A stretch of DNA of 64,000 nt from Octopus sinensis. Its lineage: Eukaryota. The notes under the pieces were generated by a model. The model searched no databases and was not told the origin of the DNA. It worked only from the letters and a program-made list of their open reading frames with translations. The translations under genes and the position numbers were made by a program. Where the stretch lies: assembly GCF_006345805.1 (NCBI RefSeq), contig NC_043001.1, positions 105,214,001 to 105,278,000 of the forward strand, read 5' to 3'. Position 1 is the first letter of the stretch. The number at the start of each line of letters is the position of its first letter. Shown piece by piece: positions 52,455 through 64,000 of the stretch.

Positions 52455-52625
52455 CAGCAAATTTGGCGAGAGGTAAATCGATTACATCAAGCCTAGTGCA
52501 AACTGGTACTTAATTTATCGACCCCAAAAGGATGAAAACAAAGTTCACCTCGGTGGGATTACAACTCAGAACATAAAGACAGACGAAATGGTGCTAAGAC
52601 TTTTGCCGGCGCGCTCACCGCCTAT
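52455..52625 (-). mobile_element. SINE family B, decayed
   Basis: Core and head motifs on the minus strand. Confidence 0.7.
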
Positions 52626-53098
52626 TCCGAACATATATCGCACGCAAGACATTGTGTGCAATACATAATTACAAATACAATTAAATTTAAATTTATGTAC
52701 GAGAAACGAATGCACCAAGAGATAAATTCATATTGATATTTGGAATACTAGTATTACACTAGCTCAAAGAAGCTGTGATATTCTAAATTCATTATTTGAG
52801 ACCATATACCACGTCGTAAGTGTTAATCTGTTTTTGTATACTAGAAATAATTTTTGCAGAATGAGGTTAAACAGATATGACTTCTAAAGGATTCATAGTA
52901 TACGGTTTGTTTGGGTGGCAATGCAGATATAACTCCAGTAGCGTTATTATCCAACTTCGACCTCAAACTTTGTAATAAAGCAATGTATTTTGAGTATAAA
53001 ATACAACTGACATTTGAAACGGTAAACAGCATAATACCTTCGTGACAATTTATTTTAAGTTTAAGAACAAAGATGTCTTTTCTGTATTCTGTTTTCTT

Positions 53099-53535
53099 CT
53101 ACTCTTTTGTTGGCTTCAGTCGTTTGACTGTGGCCATGCTGGAACACCGTCTTTAGTCGAGCAAATCAACCCCAGGACTTATTCTTTGTAAGCCTAGTAC
53201 TTTTTCTATAGGACTCCTTTTGCCGAACCTCTCAGTGACGGATACGTAAACACACCAGCATCGGTTGTCAAATTATGTTGAAGGGACAGACACACACACA
53301 CGCACGCGCGCGCACACACACGCACGCGCGCGACACACACACACACACACACACACGCTTATATATACATATGACGGGTTTCCTATTAGTTTCCCTCTAC
53401 CAATTCCACTCACAAGGCTTTGGCCGGCCCGAGACTATAGTAGAACACATTTGCCCAAGGTGCGATGCAGTGGGAATGAACCCGAAACCATGTTGTTGGT
53501 AAGCATGCTACTTACCACACAGCCACTCCTGCGCC
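53099..53535 (-). mobile_element. SINE family A, full length
   Basis: Reverse complement of 38717-39163. Confidence 0.9.
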
Positions 53536-54074
53536 ACTTCTGCCAATCTTTTCATCATCTTGTGCTGAATTGCAAATACCACAATCTGCCGGAACACATC
53601 GCGGTCTGAAACTGCCGAATTGTGAGAGCTCGTTAGAGAAAACCGTACAAAAATTCACACTTCATCATTTAGGGAAAATTCTGCACGGTAAAAAATACGA
53701 TTTTGTTTATGCTCGATAAGTGTGTATGATTGAGTCGATGCCATGAAATTTGTAGGTTCTGCTAGACTAATAATAACGGCGATGCTAGTTATTATCAATT
53801 TAAACTGTTTTAACTAACACCAGAAGGAAACATAAACATTCGAAAGGACCAATGTTCTTGAAGGTTTAGTCATACCGAGTAGTATAGGAAAAGTGAAGGC
53901 GTCGAGCGGTGAAAAGACGAGTTGGATGAAGCTGGCTGAGTGGTAGCGGTAAAAGACCTGTAATTTCGGAGGATGAGGATGAAATGCCATTGGAGAAGCG
54001 CTGAAAAAATAAAACAATTATGAAAGAAACAATGTAGATTAATAAAAAAAAATGTTCTTATATTGGTTTCGAGA

Positions 54075-54278
54075 TTGTGGCACAAGTCTAGCAAGTTTAC
54101 GGGAGGTGTTTAGTCGATCACATCAGTCCCAGTGTTAAACTGCTGACTATTATATAATTCAGGAAAGAATGAAAGGGAAAGTCGACCTCGGTGGAGTTTG
54201 AACTTAGAACGAGAAGACAGACGAAATGCCGCTAAGTATTTTCTCCGGCGTGCAAACGATTGTACCAGTTCACCGCTT
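54075..54278 (-). mobile_element. SINE family B, decayed
   Basis: Core and head motifs on the minus strand. Confidence 0.7.
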
Positions 54279-55033
54279 TAGTCTGTTCTTATACTGAAAT
54301 CATTCAAAGTATAAAATATTTTCTCAGTAGCTAATCATTCCACTGCTTGTATACCGAGAATTTCCAATTTCAACGCATGCGTATTTTTATTCTTGTCCCA
54401 TTCATCGATTGTATATCAAAACATTTCATGGCTGATGATGTTTTTTGCTCCGATCCTATAATTTACAATCTAAAAACCCTGATAAATTCCAAGTTTCAGC
54501 TATTCATAACAAACCAATCCTTATCTACACAAACTCAATGGCGTTACAGCGACCGAAATGAGATCATCACCTATGCTAACAATTCGCGCATCATTACGAA
54601 ATGAATTCTGACATTTAACATGAAATTGCACAAATAAACTATATTGTGAGAAGAATGAGACATGCAGTGCCGCAACAATCGCGACAAAGTTCCGGCACCG
54701 AGAATGTGCTGTTGATAATAATGAACAGAAAACAATATACTATAGAATAAAATGTAGACAAATAAGGATAGAGAAACGATACATGTTACTTTTATAATAG
54801 CATTCGCAGTGCTATTGCATACGATGATTACATAGGCATATGTATGCAAGGAGATATGGATTGGAGAGACAGTTTAAAATATTTAGAATTATTCATCCTT
54901 TTAATTATTCAGCTAAAAAAATTGAAGTCTGTGAAGTTGTCAGCAATAATGAATATTCACTGCAATATACACAATGAGTTTTTCCTTTTCCTTTTCTTTT
55001 AAACAATATCAATAACTAATATAATATAATATA

Positions 55034-55074
<41 letters not shown>

Positions 55075-55595
55075 GAATATATATATATCGTGAAGTATAT
55101 TTGCCATTTGAATATGGCTAACCCCTAAGGGTGGATGCTACTGTAGCTTGTAGCCCCAGGAGGACAACTTATACAACTGGCTATTGACGCACTTTCTGTG
55201 CCCTATCAGAATTTGCAAAGGGAAGCCGTAACTAAAAGGAGTAAAAGGAAGAGTAAAAGAGTGAAGGAAGGGAATAAAAGTAAGGGGGCAAAAAGATTAT
55301 ACCTTTACTTTTACTACCTTCCCACACTTAGCGATCATTCAAGTAGCTCTTTTGTCTTAAAAACGGTCAATCACACAGTAATTTCCGTTTGCATAAAAGG
55401 TCATTTTTCATAGTATTTTTCTGATGGCCGGATAACTGAAGAGATAGCGGCGTGGGTTTCCGCCCCGATATCCGAAACTCGGAGTTTTATCATGGCTACC
55501 GAATAATTGTCACATATTACATTTACAGATAAATTCCTCTATTTACATAATATTGAGGTCTCTTTCATTATTTTGTTGTCTTACCATTTTTATCA

Positions 55596-55631
<36 letters not shown>

Positions 55632-55685
55632 ATGTATGCATATTTGCACCTGTGTGCGTGTATATATATATATATATATATATAG

Positions 55686-55756
<71 letters not shown>

Positions 55757-55799
55757 CATATGTATATATATATACATGTGTATATGTATATATATATAT

Positions 55800-55831
<32 letters not shown>

Positions 55832-55906
55832 ATATTATATATATATATATATATAATATATATATATATATATTGCCATCTGTGTATATCTGCATGTATC
55901 TACTTA

Positions 55907-55961
<55 letters not shown>

Positions 55962-55982
55962 GTCTGTCTGTCTGTACTACGC

Positions 55983-56470
55983 CAGAAGGACCCAAGTAAA
56001 GGGAATGCGGTTGGAAATTTCCGACTAATATCTTGTTTGTCACTGATCTGGAAACTGATGACAGCCATCATATCGAACAGTATCTATTAGTATCTTGATG
56101 AGAACGACCTACTACCAGTGGAAGTGAAGGGGTGTAGACGTAAGAGGAGAGGAACGAAGGATCAAATACTAATCGATAAATCTATCCTGGCTTAGTGCAA
56201 AAAGAAAGGCACAAATTTGGCGATGGCATGGGTGGAATACAGGAAAGCATATCACATGGTCCCACACTCGTGAAATATTGAACGCCTTAAACTGCTTAAG
56301 GTCTCCCACAATATCCTGAAGTTAATAAAAACTCAAAGACAACGTGATGTCAAACTGAATCCACAGCATGGGGAGATAAGCTGGGAGAGGAACATATCAA
56401 AAGAGGAATCATTCAAGGGGACAGTCTGTCACCTCTCCTATTTGTCGTCTGCATACTGCCACTAACGAGC
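55983..56470 (+). mobile_element. second R4/Dong-like RT relic
   Basis: [72 protein letters not shown], with stops and frameshifts. Confidence 0.8.
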
Positions 56471-58115
56471 GTTCCATAATTCAACTTTCCGTTTTGTAGA
56501 GAGAAAACCAGACGGAGGAAAATTCTTCATATATATAGAATATCCGAAAATAAAATTGCAGAAAACAAAAAGGGAAACGAAGACTTAATCCAACGGAAAG
56601 TCGAATTATGGAACAGTCATTTTAAGGTGTGTTTTTATTTATTTATTTATCACCCGACGAGATAGGTCTGCACCATTGGATACTCCTGAACCAGATGTTG
56701 ACTGTCCGACTTGAGGAATCGATGCTAGATGTGTCGAAACAATTGTTGTGATTAATAATATATTCTCGTATATTCCGTCTTCTGTCATTAATTTCTTATT
56801 TATATACATAAACGTTTACGTGCACATGTGCGTGCATAATGCGCACATGTGTGTGTGTGTGTGCGTGTATGTGTGCGTTTGTCTGTGTGTGTGGCTGAGT
56901 GTGTATATACCTGACGTCCGATATCCTATTTCCATGTTACTTATTGCGATTCAGATTCAACCTGACAACCGAAAGAAATATTTTTTGCGTATTCTTTGAA
57001 AATCAGTTCCGACAGATGTCTGTTAGGACAAATATATTTGTCACCATTTACTGGAATGTTAATACACATTCTTTCAAACTCGCGAATACGCTACATATAC
57101 GGATAATCTCATTCACGTGCATATATAGATGTATGTATGGTGTACGCATCATATATTTCACTCCAACAATACACATGAATAGATTCGGAAAGATCTCCAC
57201 AAACAGTCTTAAGAAAAAAATAAACGTTTGTTATGAGACAGTGCACGAATATTTTAATGTGTGGCTTCCATACACAGACATTAATATGCCATGAAGATGG
57301 CTCTGTCCGTATGTTAATTCAACTCCGTGATACAGAATCGTATCCATATGTGCGTACTTAAATATATTTCGGCTCGGCTAACGAGAATTTCATGGAGGCA
57401 TAGATCTTCGTAAAGATTAACAAATCCATATATCTCCAACTTAAATAACTCAATAGATATTGAAATATCATAATAAATAAGTTTTTTTTTTCTTCCGATA
57501 ATGTAGCTTCGTAGTTTGATATCATCTGTGGCATTACATTCTGGTCTGCTGGATTTTATATTACTTTGCAAAATTTGAAATGATTTTAAACATAGACACT
57601 TGTGTCAGCCTGACTGGATATAATTCATAATAAAATGCTATGCTCTTGTTCATTCCGATTTCACTAACATACATAAATTACGATGTTGTATTGCAAATAA
57701 CGAAATATTTTTCTTTATTATTTCCTACAATCCATCGTCTTTGAGTAAATTGTTTTATTTTACTTCTTTTCCTCCTTTTTGTTTAGATATAAAGTTTATT
57801 GTGGTTTAGTTTCGAGGTGTGGTTGTATGTATGACGTCCACATATACTCAAACACTGGTTGTAATCGATATAATTGTTTTTAGTCGGTATAATATTATAT
57901 TGCAGAGGACAAATTCTGGCGTAATCACGTTCTTTCTAGGAAGACGTCTGCGAAATGGCTTATCCTTGCGATGAGATGCGGTAGTTATGACGAGAAAACA
58001 GACGGTGGGAGGACACGGGAGGCGGCTTTGGCAAATGGTTGATTCATGGATGAGTTGAAAGAGCCTTCGTTCAGAAGAAACAAAATGAATGAAAAATGGA
58101 AATATATTATCCGTG

Positions 58116-58275
58116 GGCGAAGGTGTGGTTGTGTGGTAAGGAGTTTACTTCAAACCACATTGTTCAGAGCTTTGTCCCACTGCCTGGCACTTTGCACAAA
58201 TGTGTTCTATCAGAGCGCCGAGTCGACCACAGCATTTTGAATGGATTGGGTAGGAAACTGAACGAATACCGAAGT
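58116..58275 (+). mobile_element. SINE family A, 5' part
   Basis: Head and cctggcactttg core, followed by the internal microsatellite. Confidence 0.65.
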
Positions 58276-58282
58276 ATGAATG

Positions 58283-58338
<56 letters not shown>

Positions 58339-58361
58339 GTGTGTGTGTGTGTGTGTGTGTG

Positions 58362-58413
58362 TACGAAGGGTGTATGAAAAGTTTTGAGGTTCAAGACTTT
58401 CCATACACCCCTC

Positions 58414-58416
<3 letters not shown>
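58362..58416. mobile_element. 55-bp hairpin made of two abutting mariner-type TIRs
   Basis: tacgaagggtgtatgaaaagttttga-ggt-tcaagactttccatacacccctcgta; 23/26 arm identity including the TA ends. Confidence 0.7.
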
Positions 58417-58461
<45 letters not shown>

Positions 58462-58505
58462 ATATTTCGGAATGGTCACATAAAAAATCTTGCACAACAA
58501 ATATT

Positions 58506-58542
<37 letters not shown>

Positions 58543-58543
58543 A

Positions 58544-58585
<42 letters not shown>

Positions 58586-59352
58586 GAAATGAACAATAGC
58601 ATACAATGGATAAATATCAGCTCATTAAAACCATTTCAGTCACTACAATTGTTTCTACGCAATGTAGTTCTCTAGGCCTGCAGATACTTCATTATTCAAC
58701 CATTTCCTTCCATTATGAGTTCTAGTTGTGTTTCCTCAGACAGTTATCCAGGATCAAACGTAAGGAGCCTCGATGGAACACATGTAGCAATTGAGATATC
58801 TCTGTCTTTTACCAAGTTTCACCGGCCATTAGAATACTGTGACGTCGAATTTCCAAGAGCATTTCAATATACAGAAACTAGTCAGAGATTTATTTACTAC
58901 ATCTCTACATGATATACGATTCTCCATAAATACCTTTAATTTATATTAGTCATTCGAAAACGTCTGCAATTTCATAATTCTAAGGTCGCCCCATAGTCTT
59001 TTCTTTTTCATTCCTTTATAAAGAAATGGGGAACGTTTGACACTGTTGGGGTTATTGCTGATCCCAATATATTTGATCATTATGAAAAGTAGGTGTCAAG
59101 AACGTCTCATTGCAGTATTCTCTGCTTATGCACACATACGGTACGTATAGCCTTCACTGAATAGCAGCTGAAATATTAGGGAAAATTCATTAGATACTGC
59201 ATAATTCATTACTCTCAAACAATTTAATTGACAAGCACAAAGGCACAATGTCTCTTACAAATATACACATACTAACAGATACATACACTTCAACGCACAC
59301 ATTTGCATACATAATATCATACACCTATACAAACACAATTTTGTGTCTCAGC

Positions 59353-59430
<78 letters not shown>

Positions 59431-59726
59431 CAAATACACACAGGTATACATATAAGTATATGCATTTATATACATAAATTTTGTTTGCACAGGTAAGAAA
59501 GTTAATAGAAAATTCTGCTTAAGTAGCTTAGTGTAATAATCTTATTTGCAATGTAGTCTAATTCTTCGGTGCACGAAGGTTATCCCTGGGGCAGCATTAC
59601 GAAACGTACCATTAAATTATTAAGTTTCGGTCTGGAACATGTGGTACCCATAACCGCAAATTCGGCACTGCTTAATGAAAAGAAACGCATGGAAAAAGAT
59701 ACGTGCACATCACTGTGTACATGGAT

Positions 59727-59756
59727 ATCTATCTATCTACCTACCTACCTACCCAC

Positions 59757-59844
<88 letters not shown>

Positions 59845-59896
59845 ATATTTATATATATCTATCTATCTATCTATCTATCTATCTGTCTATCTATCG

Positions 59897-59982
<86 letters not shown>

Positions 59983-60038
59983 ATATTTATATATATCTAT
60001 CTATCTATCATCTATCTGTCTATCTATCGATCTATCTA

Positions 60039-60124
<86 letters not shown>

Positions 60125-60178
60125 ATATTTATATATATCTATCTATCTTCTATCTATCTATCTTCTATCTATCTATCT
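59727..60178. repeat. (TATC)n tract with ~140-bp higher-order repeat
   Basis: Marker ctatatatttatatatatct at 59841, 59979 and 60121. Confidence 0.9.
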
Positions 60179-61199
60179 AGGGGTTTAGTGGAGGGGAGGT
60201 ACGACGACGAGCTCGGGGCGAACCTGGACGTCGACGAGGAGTACCTGACCCGCCTGTTCGGGACGACTTTCGGGCCAGGGCCCATGGACAACTCCAGAGA
60301 TCCCTGGCCTGGCAGTGCTACCGAGAAGCGCTACCCGTTCGGGATAAGCTCTACAGACACGGCTCGAGAAACACGGGGCCGACCTGCCCGAGATGCGGTC
60401 AGAGCGACGAAACCGTTCTGCACGCACTCGTTCAGTGTCCAACAATTTCCGACCTGTGGGCTTATGTCGAACAACTGCTGTCACGTGTGGGACGAGTCGG
60501 TTTATCAGCTGAGTCTATCGTCAATATTGTCACGCCTCCTTCCTTCAAACGGGAAGGAAGAGCTATTTTCATCATCCTTGTGGCTATGGCGAAAGAATGT
60601 ATCTGGTGGACGCGTCTGAAAGGATTGGAGACAAACACTTTCCTCTCTGGTCAATCTCTCATCAACTTCTTCAAGTACCACTTGAAAAGGAAAGTGAGAG
60701 TAGAGAGGCAAGTTTTGTCTAGCGAATGTTTTAAAAAAAGATGGGTGAATGTAGCAAGAATGGCACGTATGAATGACGAAGCCACCTTGAGCATAGTCCT
60801 ATGAACCCAGAATCGAAAACAGAGAGTTGCTTATTTGCAAAAAAAAAAAAAAAAAAAAAAAGAAATATAAAATGTGACTTCATTGACCGAGGTTACCGTG
60901 GTCTTTTCCGCAGGCTTTTCTTTCCACGGGTAAACCTCACCTGTCCTCCCCTTTACACTTCATATTGACATTTCTGTGATAACGATCCCTATTGATCATT
61001 TTTTTTTCCTCTCCCCCCCTTTTTTTTTTTTTTTTTAACCCCCCTTATTTTTGTCCTCTTTCTCTCCTTTTACGATCCCTTTTGATCGAACCTCCCCCTT
61101 CCTTTTTTTTTTTTTTTTTTTTTAATACCTTCAAAAGAAAAGCTCTACCTTGTAATTTGTTCTATCTGTGTGCAGCCCTGTGTGGCTAATAAAGAAACA
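60179..61199 (+). mobile_element. L1/Tx1-like LINE copy 1 (5'-truncated)
   Basis: Cys-rich C-terminus ([16 protein letters not shown]) with indels; 3' UTR ends aataaagaaaca-(TATC)n. Confidence 0.9.
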
Positions 61200-61214
61200 T
61201 ATCTAACTATCTAT

Positions 61215-61247
<33 letters not shown>

Positions 61248-61248
61248 G

Positions 61249-61286
<38 letters not shown>

Positions 61287-61310
61287 TTGTCTATCTATCG
61301 ATCTATCTAT

Positions 61311-61346
<36 letters not shown>

Positions 61347-61378
61347 GTATCTATTTGTCTATCTATCGATCTATCTAT

Positions 61379-61435
<57 letters not shown>

Positions 61436-61436
61436 G

Positions 61437-61482
<46 letters not shown>

Positions 61483-61484
<2 letters not shown>

Positions 61485-62988
61485 CGCCCGGTCACTCTCG
61501 CCCGGCAATGGGCCGAGAGGAAACTGTCCCTAAAAGGTCGAGCGGAGGTGGCGAACACGTACATCGCGTCCGTCATCTACTACCGCCTGACCGTCGTACC
61601 TTGTCCCGACCCTACCATCACCAAACTACAACGCATCCTCTTTCGCTTCTTGTGGAAAGGATGCGTCCCGATGGTCAGGCGATCCATTTGCTGTCAACAC
61701 CCGTTAAAAGGAGGGCTGGGCATGCCGTGGTTGATGATGCGCAGACACGCGCTGAGACTGCGACATCTCTGGCTCTATGTAGACGACGGTGAACAGGTGT
61801 GGTCGCCGTTTGTGAGGCACGCTTTCCCGCAGCTCGTCTCCATGACCGAACTGCAGTCGTGGATCAAAAAGAGGCCGAGGAAGGCGAATGGCACCGCGAG
61901 TGTCACGTTGCTCTCAAGCAACTCTGCTGTCCTGGGTCGACCTTAAGTGACTTCAACACAACCAAAGCATTCTATAGGGGTTTAGTGGAGGGGAGGTACG
62001 ACGACGAGCTCGGGGCGAACCTGGACGTCGACGAGGAGTACCTGACCGCCTGTTCGGGACGACTTTCGGGCCAGTGCCCATGGACAACTTCCAGAGATCC
62101 CTGGCCTGGCAGTGCTACCGAGAAGCGCTACCCGTTCGGGATAAGCTCTACAGACACGGCTCGAGAAACACGGGGCCGACCTGCCCGAGATGCGGTCAGA
62201 GCGACGAAACCGTTCTGCACGCACTCGTTCAGTGTCCAACAATTCCGACCTGTGGGCTTATGTCGAACAACTGTTGTCACGTGTGGGACGAGTCGGTTTA
62301 TCAGCTGAGTCTATCGTCAATATTGTCACGCCTCCTTCCTTCAAACGGGAAGGAAGAGCTATTTTCATCATCCTTGTGGCTATGGCGAAAGAATGTATCT
62401 GGTGGACGCGTCTGAAAGGATTGGAGACAAACACTTTCCTCTCTGGTCAATCTCTCATCAACTTCTTCAAGTACCACTTGAAAAGGAAAGTGAGAGTAGA
62501 GAGGCAAGTTTTGTCTAGCGAATGTTTTAAAAAAAGATGGGTGAATGTAGCAAGAATGGCACGTATGAATGACGAAGCCACCTTGAGCATAGTCCTATGA
62601 ACCCAGAAATCGAAAACAGAGAGTTGCTTATTTGCAAAAAAAAAAAAAAAAAGAAAAAGAAATATAAAATGTGACTTCATTGACCGAGGTTACCGTGGTC
62701 TTTTCCGTAGGCTTCTCTTTCCACGGGTAAACCTCACCTGTCCTCCCCTTTACACTTCATATTGACATTTCTGTGATAACGATCCCTATTGATCAATTTT
62801 TTTCCTCTCCCCCTTTTTTTTTTTTTTAACCCCCCTTTTTTTGTCCTCTTTCTCTCCTTTTACGATCCCTTTTGATCGAAACTCCCCCTTCCTTTTTTTT
62901 TTTTTTTTTTTTTAAACCTTCAAAAGAAAAGCTCTACCTTGTAATTTGTTCTATCTGTGTGCAGCCCTGTGTGGCTAATAAAGAAACA
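61483..62988 (+). mobile_element. L1/Tx1-like LINE copy 2 (longest, 5'-truncated)
   Basis: WAERKLSLKGRAEVANTYIASVIYY..P..FRFLWKG..P..GGLGMP (L1/Tx1 post-RT motif), then zf-RVT-like region; same 3' end as copy 1. Confidence 0.9.
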
Positions 62989-63002
62989 TATCTATCTATC
63001 TA

Positions 63003-63034
<32 letters not shown>

Positions 63035-63085
63035 GATCTATCTATCTATCTATCTATCTATCTATATCTATCTATCTATCTATCA

Positions 63086-63186
<101 letters not shown>

Positions 63187-63190
63187 ATAT

Positions 63191-64000
63191 CACGCTTTCC
63201 CGCACGCTTTCCCGCAGCTCGTCTCCATGACCGAACTGCAGTCGTGGATCAAAAAGAGGCCGAGGAAGGCGAATGGCACCGCGAGTGTCGCGTTGCTCAC
63301 AAGCAACTCTGCCGTCCTGGGTCGACCTTGAGTGACTTCAACACAACCAAAGGATTCTATAGGGGTTTAGTGGAGGGGAGGTACGACGACGAGCTCGGGG
63401 CGAACCTGGACGTCGACGAGGAGTACCTGACCCGCCTGTTCAGGACGACTTTCGGGCCAGTGCCCATGGACAACTTCCAGAGATCCCTGGCCTGGCAGTG
63501 CTACCGAGAAGCGCTCCCCGTTCGGGATAAGCTCTACAGACACGGCTCGAGAAACACGGGGCCGACCTGCCCGAGATGCGGTCAGAGCGACGAAACCGTT
63601 CTGCACGCAATCGTGCAGTGTCCAACAATTTCCGACCTGTGGGCTTATGTCGAACAACTGCTGTCACGTGTGGGACGAGTCGGTTTATCAGCTGAGTCTA
63701 TCGTCAATATTGTCGCGCCTCCTTCCTTCAAACGGGAAGGAAGAGCTATTTTCATCATCCTTGTGGCTATGGCGAAAGAATGTATCTGGAGGACGCGTCT
63801 GAAAGGATTGGAGACAAACACTTTCCTCTCTGGTCAATCTCTCATCAACTTCTTCAAGTACCACTTGAAAAGGAAATTGAGAGTAGAGAGGCAAGTTTTG
63901 TCTAGCGAATGTTTAAAAAAAAGATGGGTGAATGTAGCAAGAATGGCACGTATGAATGACGAAGCCACCTTGAGCATGATCCTATGAACCCAGAAATTGA
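63191..64000 (+). mobile_element. L1/Tx1-like LINE copy 3 (5'-truncated, cut by window edge)
   Basis: Open frame to TGA at 63987: [40 protein letters not shown] (zf-RVT-like). Confidence 0.9.

Overview
AT-rich, microsatellite-dense animal nuclear DNA, most likely a cephalopod (octopus-type) intergenic or intronic region; this is inferred from the tRNA-derived SINE families and repeat landscape, not from a search. I recognise no host protein-coding exon, and most ORF-track entries are artefacts of (TA)n/(CA)n/(TATC)n tracts. The coding remnants are all transposon-derived: a Penelope-like GIY-YIG fragment (36951-37945), a young CR1-type LINE (25081-26608) and an older one, two R4/Dong-like RT relics, several mariner/DD37D relics, and three tandem 5'-truncated L1/Tx1-like LINE copies in a (TATC)n tract at the right end. 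Four tRNA-derived SINE families are present (my labels A-D). Best leads: (1) SINE family B shares a 44-nt 3' tail with a stem-loop (35/44 identical, ungapped) with the Tx1-like LINE, suggesting a SINE-LINE partnership. (2) The LINE appears to insert repeatedly into one (TATC)n tract. (3) Several short non-coding elements between (TA)n arrays carry hammerhead-ribozyme motifs, one with an intact core. (4) Long inverted duplications recur beside (TA)n arrays. All alignments and folds were done by eye, and scattered 1-nt indels may be assembly errors.
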